Positions 40,116 through 50,228 of a stretch of 64,000 nt of DNA are shown piece after piece. The notes under the pieces are model-generated. The model was not told the DNA's origin. It saw nothing but the letters and a program-made list of their open reading frames with translations, and did no database searches. Numbering within the stretch: position 1 is the stretch's first letter; each line of letters begins with the position of its first letter. Source of the DNA: an uncultured Cytophagales bacterium (GTDB lineage Bacteria > Bacteroidota > Bacteroidia > Cytophagales > Bernardetiaceae); contig CAVXHP010000006.1 of NCBI GenBank assembly GCA_963761725.1, positions 381,534-445,533 of the forward strand. Reading direction: 5' to 3'. The position numbers and the translations under genes are program-made.

Positions 40116-42602
40116 ATGAAAGCAAAACTTATTTTATTGCTCCTTCATTTTTTTTATAGTCTAATCATTATTTTATCAAATGCGAAACATTTTTTACCTT
40201 TTCGTACCTCGTTTTTCTGTACATTTTTTTATTCATTCTTTATTTTCTTGGTTATTGCTTTTTTAATTAGTGGTTGTACTGGTCTTAGTAGAATCACAAA
40301 AGAAAATCCTTTATATACTGGAAGTGAAATAAAATGGGACAAAAAAGAGGGAGACATTTCAGAAGAAAAACGTGTAAAAGCCGAATCAGAAGAAGTATTA
40401 GCACCAAAACCAAATACAAAATTTTTGTGGATGCGTCCACAACTTGCTTTTTACAATACATTTTATACCGAAAAAGAAAAAGGTTTAAAACATTGGTTGA
40501 TGACCAAAATTGGAAAACCTCCAGTCTTGGTAAATGATATCAATGAAGAACGTATTAGGCTTTTGGTTTTGAATAGACTTTTAGCAAACGGACATTTTCA
40601 AGCCGAAACAGAAGCTGAAATTAAACAAAAAAGAAAAACAGCAGAAATAATTTATACAGCAACTATTTATCAACCTTATACATTAGATACAATCAATTTT
40701 CCTGAAGAGCCAGACCCATTAGGCAATGTTCTTAATAATGCAACTGAAGAAACTCTACTAAAAAAAGGAGACCCTTACAATTTTGAAGTCTTAGAGCAAG
40801 AAAGAGAGAGATTAAACCAGTATGCAAAGGAAAGAGGTTATTTTTATTTCAATGATAAGTTTATTATTTATAAGCTAGATTCAACCGTCGGAAACCGTCA
40901 GATAAATGTTTATATGCAGGTAAAAGACAAAATGCCTGATATTGCTAGAAAGCCTTATCGAATTAGAGACGTATTTTTGTATCCTAATTATGCTATGGGA
41001 ATGGATACTATCAAAAGTCCTGAAAGTCTAAAGAAAATAGGAAAACTAGAAGGAGATTCTAGTTATTATTGTTTGATGGAAAATTGTGTTTTTCGTCCAG
41101 AAATTCTTGCTCGTTCGATTTATTTAGAACCCGATACACTTTATTCCGCACAAAGACACGAACAGACTTTGAAACGCTTAATGGGTCTGGGAGCTCTCAA
41201 ATTTGCAGATATTCGTTACAAACTTACTGATTCTCTGGGAGATGAAGGTTATTTAGATGCTTATGTTCAGATGGTTCCTTCTAAAAGAAAATCATTTAGA
41301 GCAGAGTTAGACGTAGTTTCGAAATCTAATAATTTTACAGGACCAGGATTAAATTTAAGTTACAGAAACAAAAATACGTTTAGAGGAGCAGAACTTATGG
41401 TAGTTCGTTTAGACGGACGTTTTGAAACTCAACTTAGTGGACGAAATAGAAACCAAAACATAGAACAACCCAATCAGCAAAATGGAGTTTATTCGTATGA
41501 AATTGGAGCAGGCTTGGAAATATATGTTCCTCGTTTTATTAGTCCTTTCAAATTTCCTAGTTTTAGTCAAAAATATGTCCCAAAGACGGTTTATCAAGGA
41601 GAAGTTCAATTATTAAGCAGAGTAAATTACTTTAGATTACTTTCTGGAACGGCACAATTTGGTTATGAATGGCAAGAGACGGCAGCTAAAAGACATCGTT
41701 TTAATCCTATTTCTATAAATTATGTCCGTCTGATGGACACTACAAGTCTATTTAATCAAGCCATTGGAGATAATCCCTTATTGAGAAGAAGTTTTCAAAA
41801 TCAATTTATTTTTGGGGGTAATTATTCTTTTACCTATCAGAGTGCTGCTAAAGCAGATGAGAATACACGAAAAGATAAAAATCACTTTTTCTTCAATGGA
41901 AATGTTGATGTAGGAGGTAATCTTATCCATACTGTTCAAAGCCTTTTTACTTCAAGAGAATCTAGCGGTGCAGAACCTTACACTATTCTTAGTGAGCCTT
42001 ATGCTCAATATTCTCGTGTAGATTTGGATTTTAGATATTATTTGAATTTTAATGAAGAAACCCATCACAAGATAGCTACTCGTTTTATTGCTGGTGTAGG
42101 TTTCGCTTACGGGAATGCTGATGTTTTGCCTTATACAAAGCAATTTTTTGCAGGTGGAGCGAATAGTATTCGTGCCTTTCAAGCTCGTTCGATTGGACCT
42201 GGTTCGTATATTTCGAAGGATAGCACAAGTGGACTTTTCTATGACCAGACAGGAGATATGCGTCTGGAAGCAAATATTGAATATCGTTTTCCTATTTATA
42301 GCGTTTTCAAAGGTGCTGTTTTTGCCGATGCTGGTAATGTTTGGCTTGTTAGAGAAGACCCAGACCGTGAAGGTGGTGTATTCAGAACAAATGATTTAAT
42401 TGATGATATTGCTGTTGGTGTAGGTGCAGGACTTCGTGTAGATGTAAAGTTTTTTGTAATTCGTCTGGATGCTGCTTTTCCTCTTAGCAAACCTTGGTTA
42501 CCAGAAAATGAACGTTGGGTAAGAAGACAAATAAATGTAAGAGACAGGGATTGGCGAAGAGATAATTTGGTACTTAATATTGCTATTGGATATCCTTTTT
42601 AG
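40116..42602 (+). CDS. Omp85-superfamily outer membrane protein, lipoprotein type (TamL/BamA-like)
   Basis: 828 aa. Possible lipobox LISGCTG after a long hydrophobic leader. Central POTRA-like region. C-terminal surface-antigen barrel ending NIAIGYPF, with a terminal aromatic beta-signal. Confidence 0.65.
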   Translation: MKAKLILLLLHFFYSLIIILSNAKHFLPFRTSFFCTFFYSFFIFLVIAFLISGCTGLSRITKENPLYTGSEIKWDKKEGDISEEKRVKAESEEVLAPKPNTKFLWMRPQLAFYNTFYTEKEKGLKHWLMTKIGKPPVLVNDINEERIRLLVLNRLLANGHFQAETEAEIKQKRKTAEIIYTATIYQPYTLDTINFPEEPDPLGNVLNNATEETLLKKGDPYNFEVLEQERERLNQYAKERGYFYFNDKFIIYKLDSTVGNRQINVYMQVKDKMPDIARKPYRIRDVFLYPNYAMGMDTIKSPESLKKIGKLEGDSSYYCLMENCVFRPEILARSIYLEPDTLYSAQRHEQTLKRLMGLGALKFADIRYKLTDSLGDEGYLDAYVQMVPSKRKSFRAELDVVSKSNNFTGPGLNLSYRNKNTFRGAELMVVRLDGRFETQLSGRNRNQNIEQPNQQNGVYSYEIGAGLEIYVPRFISPFKFPSFSQKYVPKTVYQGEVQLLSRVNYFRLLSGTAQFGYEWQETAAKRHRFNPISINYVRLMDTTSLFNQAIGDNPLLRRSFQNQFIFGGNYSFTYQSAAKADENTRKDKNHFFFNGNVDVGGNLIHTVQSLFTSRESSGAEPYTILSEPYAQYSRVDLDFRYYLNFNEETHHKIATRFIAGVGFAYGNADVLPYTKQFFAGGANSIRAFQARSIGPGSYISKDSTSGLFYDQTGDMRLEANIEYRFPIYSVFKGAVFADAGNVWLVREDPDREGGVFRTNDLIDDIAVGVGAGLRVDVKFFVIRLDAAFPLSKPWLPENERWVRRQINVRDRDWRRDNLVLNIAIGYPF

Positions 42603-42649
42603 AAAGAAATTTTGTTAATTAAATTAATTTCAATTATACCAAACCACAA

Positions 42650-42682
42650 AAAAGACCTTCCACAAAGTAGAAGGTCTTTTGA
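42650..42682. terminator. bidirectional intrinsic terminator between convergent TamL-like gene and recA
   Basis: aaaaagaccttc cacaaagta gaaggtctttt: perfect 8-bp stem flanked by A-run and T-run. Confidence 0.7.
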
Positions 42683-42747
42683 TATATCAAACAAATAGAT
42701 GAAGTAAATCCATTTTTAATCAAAACTCAAAATTAGTTACAGACAGG

Positions 42748-43908
42748 TTATTCTCCGTCTTCTAATTCTTCGTCTTCAAAGACAAAGTCTTCATCGCTTT
42801 CTTCCTCTTCACTTTCGTCTTCAGAAGTTGCAGCAATAGCTTTTTCTGCTTTTTTGTCTTTGCCTTTGGCTCCTTTATTTCTACCTTCTTTTTCTGCTAA
42901 GACTGATGCCTTATCCAAATCACGTAGTTGTTTTTCAAGGTCTGCCATTAATACCTCATCGTCTTCGATAAGAGCTTTTACAGAATCACGACCTTGTCCG
43001 AGTTTGTTGTCTCCGTAAGAGTACCAAGAACCCGATTTTTTTACGATATCCAAATCAACAGCCAAATCCAAGATTTCGCCAGCTTTAGAAATTCCTCTTC
43101 CATACATAATATCAAACTCAACTTGTTTGAAAGGAGGAGCTAATTTGTTTTTCTTGACACTTACACGAGTACGGTTACCCGTAATTTTGTCTCCGTCTTT
43201 GATTGCACCAATACGGCGAATATCCAAACGAACAGAAGAATAAAACTTAAGTGCATTACCACCCGTCGTAGTTTCTGGACTACCGAACATTACACCAATC
43301 TTATCACGAAGTTGGTTGATAAAGATACACGTACATTGCGTTTTGCTAATTACACCCGTCAGTTTACGAAGTGCTTGCGACATAAGACGTGCTTGAAGAC
43401 CCATTTTAGAATCTCCCATATCACCTTCTAATTCTGCCTTTGGCACAAGAGCAGCCACAGAGTCAATTACTACAATATCAATCGCAGTTGAGCGAATCAA
43501 TTGTTCGGCAATTTCTAAGGCTTGCTCACCATTATCAGGCTGTGAGATAAGAAGGTTATCCAAATCTACACCTAATGCTTGAGCATAGGCACGGTCAAAA
43601 GCGTGTTCTGCATCAATAAAGGCAGCTAATCCACCTTGTTTTTGTGCTTCTGCAATAGCGTGCAGAGTGAGCGTAGTTTTACCAGAAGACTCTGGTCCAT
43701 AAATCTCTACTACTCTACCACGAGGTAATCCACCAATTCCTAAAGCAATATCAAGTCCTAATGAACCTGTTGAGATGCTCGGAATATCTACTACATTATC
43801 GTCAGTCAATTTCATGACTGTTCCTTTTCCGTAAGTTTTGTCTAATTTTGCTAGAGTTACTTTTAGTGCTTCTAGCTTCTTTTTTTGTTCGTCGGCTGCT
43901 TTCGCCAT
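42748..43908 (-). CDS. recA: recombinase RecA
   Basis: 386 aa. Walker [10 protein letters not shown]. Canonical RecA core ([14 protein letters not shown]). Acidic C-terminal tail. Confidence 0.97.
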   Translation of the reverse strand: MAKAADEQKKKLEALKVTLAKLDKTYGKGTVMKLTDDNVVDIPSISTGSLGLDIALGIGGLPRGRVVEIYGPESSGKTTLTLHAIAEAQKQGGLAAFIDAEHAFDRAYAQALGVDLDNLLISQPDNGEQALEIAEQLIRSTAIDIVVIDSVAALVPKAELEGDMGDSKMGLQARLMSQALRKLTGVISKTQCTCIFINQLRDKIGVMFGSPETTTGGNALKFYSSVRLDIRRIGAIKDGDKITGNRTRVSVKKNKLAPPFKQVEFDIMYGRGISKAGEILDLAVDLDIVKKSGSWYSYGDNKLGQGRDSVKALIEDDEVLMADLEKQLRDLDKASVLAEKEGRNKGAKGKDKKAEKAIAATSEDESEEEESDEDFVFEDEELEDGE

Positions 43909-43960
43909 AATTGAAATATATATAAGAGTGATAAATTATTTACTGATTTTTGTGTCCTTT

Positions 43961-44286
43961 AAGGATAATACAAAATTAATAGTGCAGAACGTAAGCGATT
44001 TACGTTGTAAAAATTAATTTCTTAAAAAACATTAAATTTCATTTTCTAAGACTTTTTTTAATCCGAAGCTAAAGCATCGGCTACATTAAAGAACAATACA
44101 AAATTAAGAGAGCAGAACGTAAGCGATTTACATTCTAGAAATTATTTCTAAAAATAGTTTTAAAATTTAATTTTTAGAAGTATAATTTTTTCTTATTATC
44201 CGAAGCTAAAGCATCGGCTAGATTAAGAATACTACAAAGATAATGGTGCAGAACGTAAACGATTTACGTTGTGAAAAATAATTTGA
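43961..44286. repeat. ~2.5 tandem copies of a ~130-bp repeat in the recA upstream region
   Basis: Each unit contains gcagaacgtaagcgatttacgtt (palindromic aacgta...tacgtt) and atccgaagctaaagcatcggcta. Unit boundaries ~43961, ~44089, ~44224. Confidence 0.75.
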
Positions 44287-44342
44287 TTATCTGGTATTTT
44301 GAAGTAATTCGTAAAATATCAAATCTTTAAAGTTATTATTTT

Positions 44343-45107
44343 TTGTACTTTTACAGACTTATTAGAGTAAAACAAAATTCAAAAAATTATATAGTTACTA
44401 TGGAAAATTACACAATCAATTATCACAAAACCTTCTTGACTGATATATCAAAAGGTCTTCAAGCTGCTCTTGATGCCTACAAAAACCAATATATCAAACA
44501 AGCAATTTATGCCTTCGGAAGTCCGACCAGCAAAGACGACAAACTCAGTATAGAATTTGCGACAGCTCCACAAGGTCATTGCTTTACCGATTATGTACTT
44601 TTAGAACAGCAACTCAACAAACAAAAAATCTATCAACGTTATCTTGAAGAGCAATCAGAAGCGAAAGAAATACCTTTATTGAGTAAGTTTATTCCTTCTC
44701 TTGAAAAATCATATACTTCCCTTTTTAGAATTATAGATGTTGATGTAGAAGAGGGAATTATCTATTTTGATGATGTTTTGGGAGTAAAGGAAAATCAAGA
44801 AATTGCAATTATAGATAAAATACTTGCTGATACAATAGACAGAAATCCTATTAATATGAATTTTTTGATGTTCTTTCGTTTCATTCCTTTTTTAGGAGAT
44901 TTTATTGATATGAATGATGAGGAAGATGTAGTAAAGGGAATGACAAATGGGTATATTTATATATTCAATCCACAAGAAGAACATAAAATTATAAAAGAAT
45001 ACGAAAAAATGGCTGCCAAAGTACGAGTTTCGAAATCTTCTTCTAAAAGACAAATTGCTTTTACAGAACTAGATAAAAAGTACGGACAAAAATTGTTGTT
45101 GTCTTAA
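44343..45107 (+). CDS. hypothetical protein
   Basis: 254-aa ORF (alternative start MENYTINYHK at 44401). No recognisable family. Confidence 0.4.
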   Translation: MYFYRLIRVKQNSKNYIVTMENYTINYHKTFLTDISKGLQAALDAYKNQYIKQAIYAFGSPTSKDDKLSIEFATAPQGHCFTDYVLLEQQLNKQKIYQRYLEEQSEAKEIPLLSKFIPSLEKSYTSLFRIIDVDVEEGIIYFDDVLGVKENQEIAIIDKILADTIDRNPINMNFLMFFRFIPFLGDFIDMNDEEDVVKGMTNGYIYIFNPQEEHKIIKEYEKMAAKVRVSKSSSKRQIAFTELDKKYGQKLLLS

Positions 45108-45117
45108 TTAAATAATT

Positions 45118-47860
45118 CTAAAACTTAAAACGAACAGAAGCCAAAATTTGTCGTGGTCGCAAATCAAAAACAGTTTGTGTATAAAAAAAACTAGAATTAG
45201 AAATATTCACAAACTGTTTTGTATTCAGAATATTAGTCAGAGAAAGTTCTAAATCAATAGATTTTTTGACAAACGTATATCTATAAAGCATATCCAAAAA
45301 CTGGCTATTTTGAGTAATTGCATTGTTTGCTTCTATTTTATTCTGATAAAAATCTGCTTTTAGAGAAATATAATTTGCACTATTTGGATAAATGCTAAGT
45401 GAGATTTGATGTTCTTGTTGTTGGATTGTGTTTAGTCTTTCATCAGAAATAGTGGCATTCAGAAATGAAAAACGGTTTGAATACGTCAGACCAAAATACT
45501 TGCTAAAATCAGTATTTATTTTTCCTCCAAACTGTATATTCTGATTCTGGACTTGCTGTAAATTTTCATTAATAGAAACTAGGTTTTGGGAAAGATTGAA
45601 AGATGAATTTAGTGAAAAGGTAGTCTTTATTTTATAGAAAAATTTGCTTGCTGTTGAGTTTATTACATGCGAAGTAAAGTAATTAGTCCTCAAAATTCCT
45701 CTCAGAATAGCCGTTCCGTTCTCATCAAATTCGTTTTGCCAGATCAGGTTGGTCTTTCCATAACTATAAAAATAAAGTCCATTAAAAAAAATAGAATTGA
45801 TAGGATTTCGGTAACTAATTCCTGCATTGAGCGTAGAATTGAGTGTTTGCTGAAGTGGAACATCATTTCTTGTAATGCTTCTATAATTCTGCAAAATATA
45901 TGCTTCATAAAGCCGATTTATTTTACCAAAATCATTATTCAATCTTGCTCCTGCTGACATTTTCCAGTAATTACTCAACTCTTTTGCAACTCTCAAACTC
46001 GGTTCAATGGTTAGGCGTTCTAGCTTTTCAGTTTGGTTTTGTAGTTTTTTATCTATATCAAAATAATGTAGAGAAATAGGAACATCAAAATTAATTTTCC
46101 AGTTTTTCTTTTGATACTGCGTTCCTATTTCTGCAAAGGCTGTATAATGAGCAAAGGAAAGCTCATTTTGAAACTCATTTGATAATCTTAGATTTTTTGA
46201 ATCTGTTTCGAAAGCAGTATTGTTTTCTAGGTCAATAGAACTTTCTAATTTTTGGTAACTGGTCTGTATTCCCAGTTTTGGAGAAAGCGAAACACCTTTT
46301 ATTTTTTTGGTAAAACTGACCGAATTTTGAGTAAAAAATGTTTTTTGATTTAGATTTTGGATAATCTTGTTATAGTTTTCCACACTATCATTTGCAGCAA
46401 AATTTGTTAGATTAATTATCAGTTCTGGGAAAACAACAGGATTTACACCCAAAGAAGGAACATGATTTTGATAATTAATAGTAGAATTAAAATTTAGCAC
46501 ACTTTTTTTAATTGATTTGTTTGGAATAATCCAGTTTAGCGTATTGCTAATTTCTGAAAAAGGATTCAAAACGTCTTGAGAAATGGTTTGAATATCACTC
46601 TGTTCTTCTCTTCTAATTATTCCATTCTGACTGTTCCATTGTCTTTTTATTTCCAACTCATTTTTAAAATAGTTTTGTTTTGAGTTTTTGGTGAGAATAA
46701 ATTTTGCTTCTAGCTCACTATTTACAAATCTATTTTGAGTATTTTCTAGTAGATTTATTTCAGAATTAGGCAGGAAAATGGTTGTTTGTGTATTTCCAAA
46801 CTGCTTTTGAGTATCATTGAAATAAGAAAGATTTGTTTTTAGCTGATAGTCATTTTTTAGTTTAGTCAGAAAATTAAAACTAAATAAATGAATTTGATTA
46901 TTGAGCCAACGATTTTGAGTAAAATTAGGCGTATTCAACCTTTGAACAGAAAGCCAATCTATTTTTTTAGGAACTTGAGAGTTGGCAATAAAATCTTCTA
47001 GCGTAAACGAACGAAGCTGAGAAGAAACGTCATTTCCAGTATTATTGGTCTGATAAGAAGCAATCAATTGATTTTTCTTTCCAAAAAACATCGGAGTTAC
47101 GTTTGCATCCCACAGAAAAGGAATAAAATTTTGATTATCTTGAATTAGACCACTTCCTAGTTTTGCTGTTCCTGTTGTGGTAATTCCATTTTTGAGCTTT
47201 ATGTTTAGCGAAGTATTATTCGAAAAAGTAAGTGAATCTAATGCTTTTATAGGTTGATGATTTTCTAGTATTTCTACTTTTTCTACAGCATCAGCAGGAA
47301 TATTTTTGTTTGCTAAATCGTATTTTGCCTCCAATAAATCTAATCCTTCAATATAATATTTTTCAATGGGTTTGCCTTGATACAAAATTTTTCCATCTGG
47401 CTGTACTTCTATACCAGGCATTTTGGAGAGTACATCGGCAATTACTCTATCTTTTTGAGACTTAAAACTCTCTACATCAAAACTAAGTGTATCACCTTTT
47501 CTAGAAATCGGATTTGTCTTTTTAAAAACAATTTCTTCTAATACTTGTACTTCACTTTCCAATCTAAAATCAATTGTCTGATTTTTATTTGCTATCTTCT
47601 GTTCTACTTTTTTGTGTGAAATATGGGTAATTCGGAGCAGTAAAGAATCTGCAGGCAAATTAAACTTTAAGATTGTATTTTCCATCACTCTTCGAAATAT
47701 AAAATGGCTTTACCAGTTCGCTATCTGTATTGAGAATAATTATGCTTGCATTTGAGATAGGATTATCAAACTCATCGGTCAATATTCCTGTAATTTGAGT
47801 TGTCTGTGCAGTAGCGTAAAAACACAGATTGAGAAATAGAATTGTAAATAAATTACGCAT
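45118..47860 (-). pseudogene. TonB-dependent receptor-like outer membrane protein (CarboxypepD_reg-like N-domain plus plug plus barrel), frameshifted near 47660-47690
   Basis: ORF 47660..47860 has a signal peptide and MRNLFTILFLNLCFYATAQTTQITGILTDEFDNPISNASIIIL. ORF 45118..47688 has a plug region (GIEVQPDGKILYQGKPIEKYYIEG) and ends VRFKF. Confidence 0.65.
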
Positions 47861-48173
47861 TTTGTGGCTAATTTTAAACCCTAAAAATTCTTAGCGATTT
47901 TTAGGGTTTTATAGTTTTTGGAAAGAATCAAAGAAAATAGTTTACTCTAATTCAATTGGATTATTTTCACGTTTTAGACGAGCTTCTGTATTTTTTTTCA
48001 TTCGTCATCGTTTTTGCCCTCCAGAAGATATTCATATCAGCAAATTTCAATTGTGGATTTTCAGTTCAAATTTCTTTTTCATTTCCCAAAATTCTTTTTT
48101 AGAAATTATTTTTTCAAGTTGGTCTACAGCATCATAAACGGTAGACTTTCCAACAGTCTGTATTTCTAACAAA

Positions 48174-48750
48174 CTAAATTGATAATGACTTTTCAGAGTC
48201 TGTAATTTGCATTATTGTACCCAATAATCCAATAAATTTATAAGGAAAAGCAGTCAATGGAATTTTAGTCGTGTACCAAGCTGTATAATTTCTACCTGCA
48301 AAATTAGTGGTTGCTTTTTGACATAAATAATTTCCTATAGTAAGAGTGTCATCTGAAAGTTTCCAGTCTAAATTTATTTCTTCCTGATAAGCAAATTCTT
48401 GTAAAGCAACTCTTTCATAATGATTAGTGACATTCTTTTCATTAAAAATAATATATGTATTTTTTGGGTTCTTAGGACGATCGGTTGGGTTTCCCATCAT
48501 GTTCATCAACTGCTGGTTACTAGAAGTAAATACAACAGAATCTCTAACAAATAGATCTTGGCTTAAAAAGTAACTTGCATTGTCAAACATATCCAGATAA
48601 AATAACTCATTACTGACTGAATTAACGTCCGTAGAATCTAATCTATCTGATATTTTAAATCGTAGATTAGCGATGCCCCGTTTGTGCTTTTGATAAAAAC
48701 GGAAAAATCAATAAAACCGTGAAGAGAAAGTATTTCATTTTGATTTGGTA
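48174..48750 (-). pseudogene. GLPGLI-family-like secreted protein, frameshifted at a T-run near 48700
   Basis: Signal peptide MKYFLFTVLLIFPFLSKAQ in one frame (from 48750). Remainder is in ORF 48174..48590 and its upstream open frame, with FIGLLGTIMQI near the C-terminus. Confidence 0.45.
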
Positions 48751-49327
48751 TTAGTAAAAATGAAGAGCAGTTATATGATTAATTAAATTGTTAGTCTAAA
48801 TTAAAAATTAATTATACAAATTTATTACATTATTTTTTTTAAAATTTTTAAAAGTTTTTTTTGAACAACCTTGTTTTTGTACCAAAAACAGAAAATATAC
48901 TTAAAAAATTTTCATTAAATAATTATGTTTACTAAAATGATTTTCTATACAATTAAACAGAACTCTTTTATATAGGTCAGTTCATAGAGCAGACCGTTTA
49001 TAAGCATTAGTAGATGGTCTGCCCTTCGGGACTGACCTATCTATTCAAAAAATGTCTAGTAATTATGATTTTCATAAAAGCCAACATTGATATTTTCTTA
49101 GCAAACTCAAAGACAAAAAAACCATAATAAATTTTGTGTTTCATTATGGTTTTATTTTTCGGAAAAATGTTTTTTTTAATTAACAATTACAGGTACATAA
49201 CCAGCCTTTCTGCCAAGAACGACAGGTTCCAGAACCCTCACACTTTTTATCTTAGTAAGGACAATCAGTATTGTAGAAACTCCAAGCTCTAACACTCTGT
49301 GTTATTTGTTTATTTCTCTATCTTATC

Positions 49328-49681
49328 TTACGTAATTTTCAAAACCTCAAAAATAACCATCAGTTCGCTTTCTGTAACATTTTTCCCTAAATAGTCATAA
49401 CGAAAAGTAGTAATTCCTCTTTCACTATATTCAACAGTTTCCATAAAAGATAGTAAATCTTTAGAAGGAATTTTAGAAAAGATATCTTTATAGTGAAAAT
49501 TAAGAACAATATCTAGTTCTTCTCTATTTGTAATCTTAGTAGGAAGTTTTTCAGAATTTACTACTTCTTTTTCTAGAAAAGATAAAACTGCTGTTTCCTT
49601 TGTCATTTCTTCTTTACTATTTACGCAAGAGAACAATCCTATCATCACAAAGAGCATCAAAAAATAAAATGAATACTTCAT
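49328..49681 (-). CDS. hypothetical small lipoprotein
   Basis: 117 aa. Signal/lipobox MLFVMIGLFSCVNSKEE. Confidence 0.45.
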   Translation of the reverse strand: MKYSFYFLMLFVMIGLFSCVNSKEEMTKETAVLSFLEKEVVNSEKLPTKITNREELDIVLNFHYKDIFSKIPSKDLLSFMETVEYSERGITTFRYDYLGKNVTESELMVIFEVLKIT

Positions 49682-50228
49682 AAAAAATGTATTAAATGTG
49701 AATAAATATAAACGTTTAAATAATCTCTACTTATTCATATATTTTCTTGCAAGAAATACCTTTTCTGACCTATTCGCAACCACATCAAAAAGATATAAAA
49801 TACACAAAGTAAGAGAAATAATAAAACATATCAAATAAATGATACAATTCTCAAATAAGACTTTAAAATTGTATTTATCTTTTATCAAATTCAATTTCTT
49901 AGCTATTTTTGAGAATAATTATTTGTTAATGACAATCTAAATTAAAAATTAAAAATTAATTATGCAAATTTATTACATTAATTTTTTTAAACTTTTAGAA
50001 GATTTTATTGAACAATTACTTTGTTGAGTTAGAAACAAAGAAAAATAACTGAAAATAGTTTCATCAAATAGTGCTATTTAATTTCATGTATTAAAATTTC
50101 TAATCCAATTAGCAATAAAAACACAAAAATGGTATTTTTGTAGTTAAATGTATAACAGACTTCCCAGTCTGTTACAAAAATAGATTGTATTTGCACAGAT
50201 TAAAAAATCTGTACTACTTGAAAAATAT

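Noticed and set aside
43908-44343. Canonical LexA/SOS box upstream of recA
   Set aside because: Neither a Gram-negative-type (CTGT-N8-ACAG) nor a Gram-positive-type (GAAC-N4-GTTC) box is evident. Only the repeat-borne aacgta...tacgtt palindromes were seen. They are reported as a finding rather than called as a LexA site.
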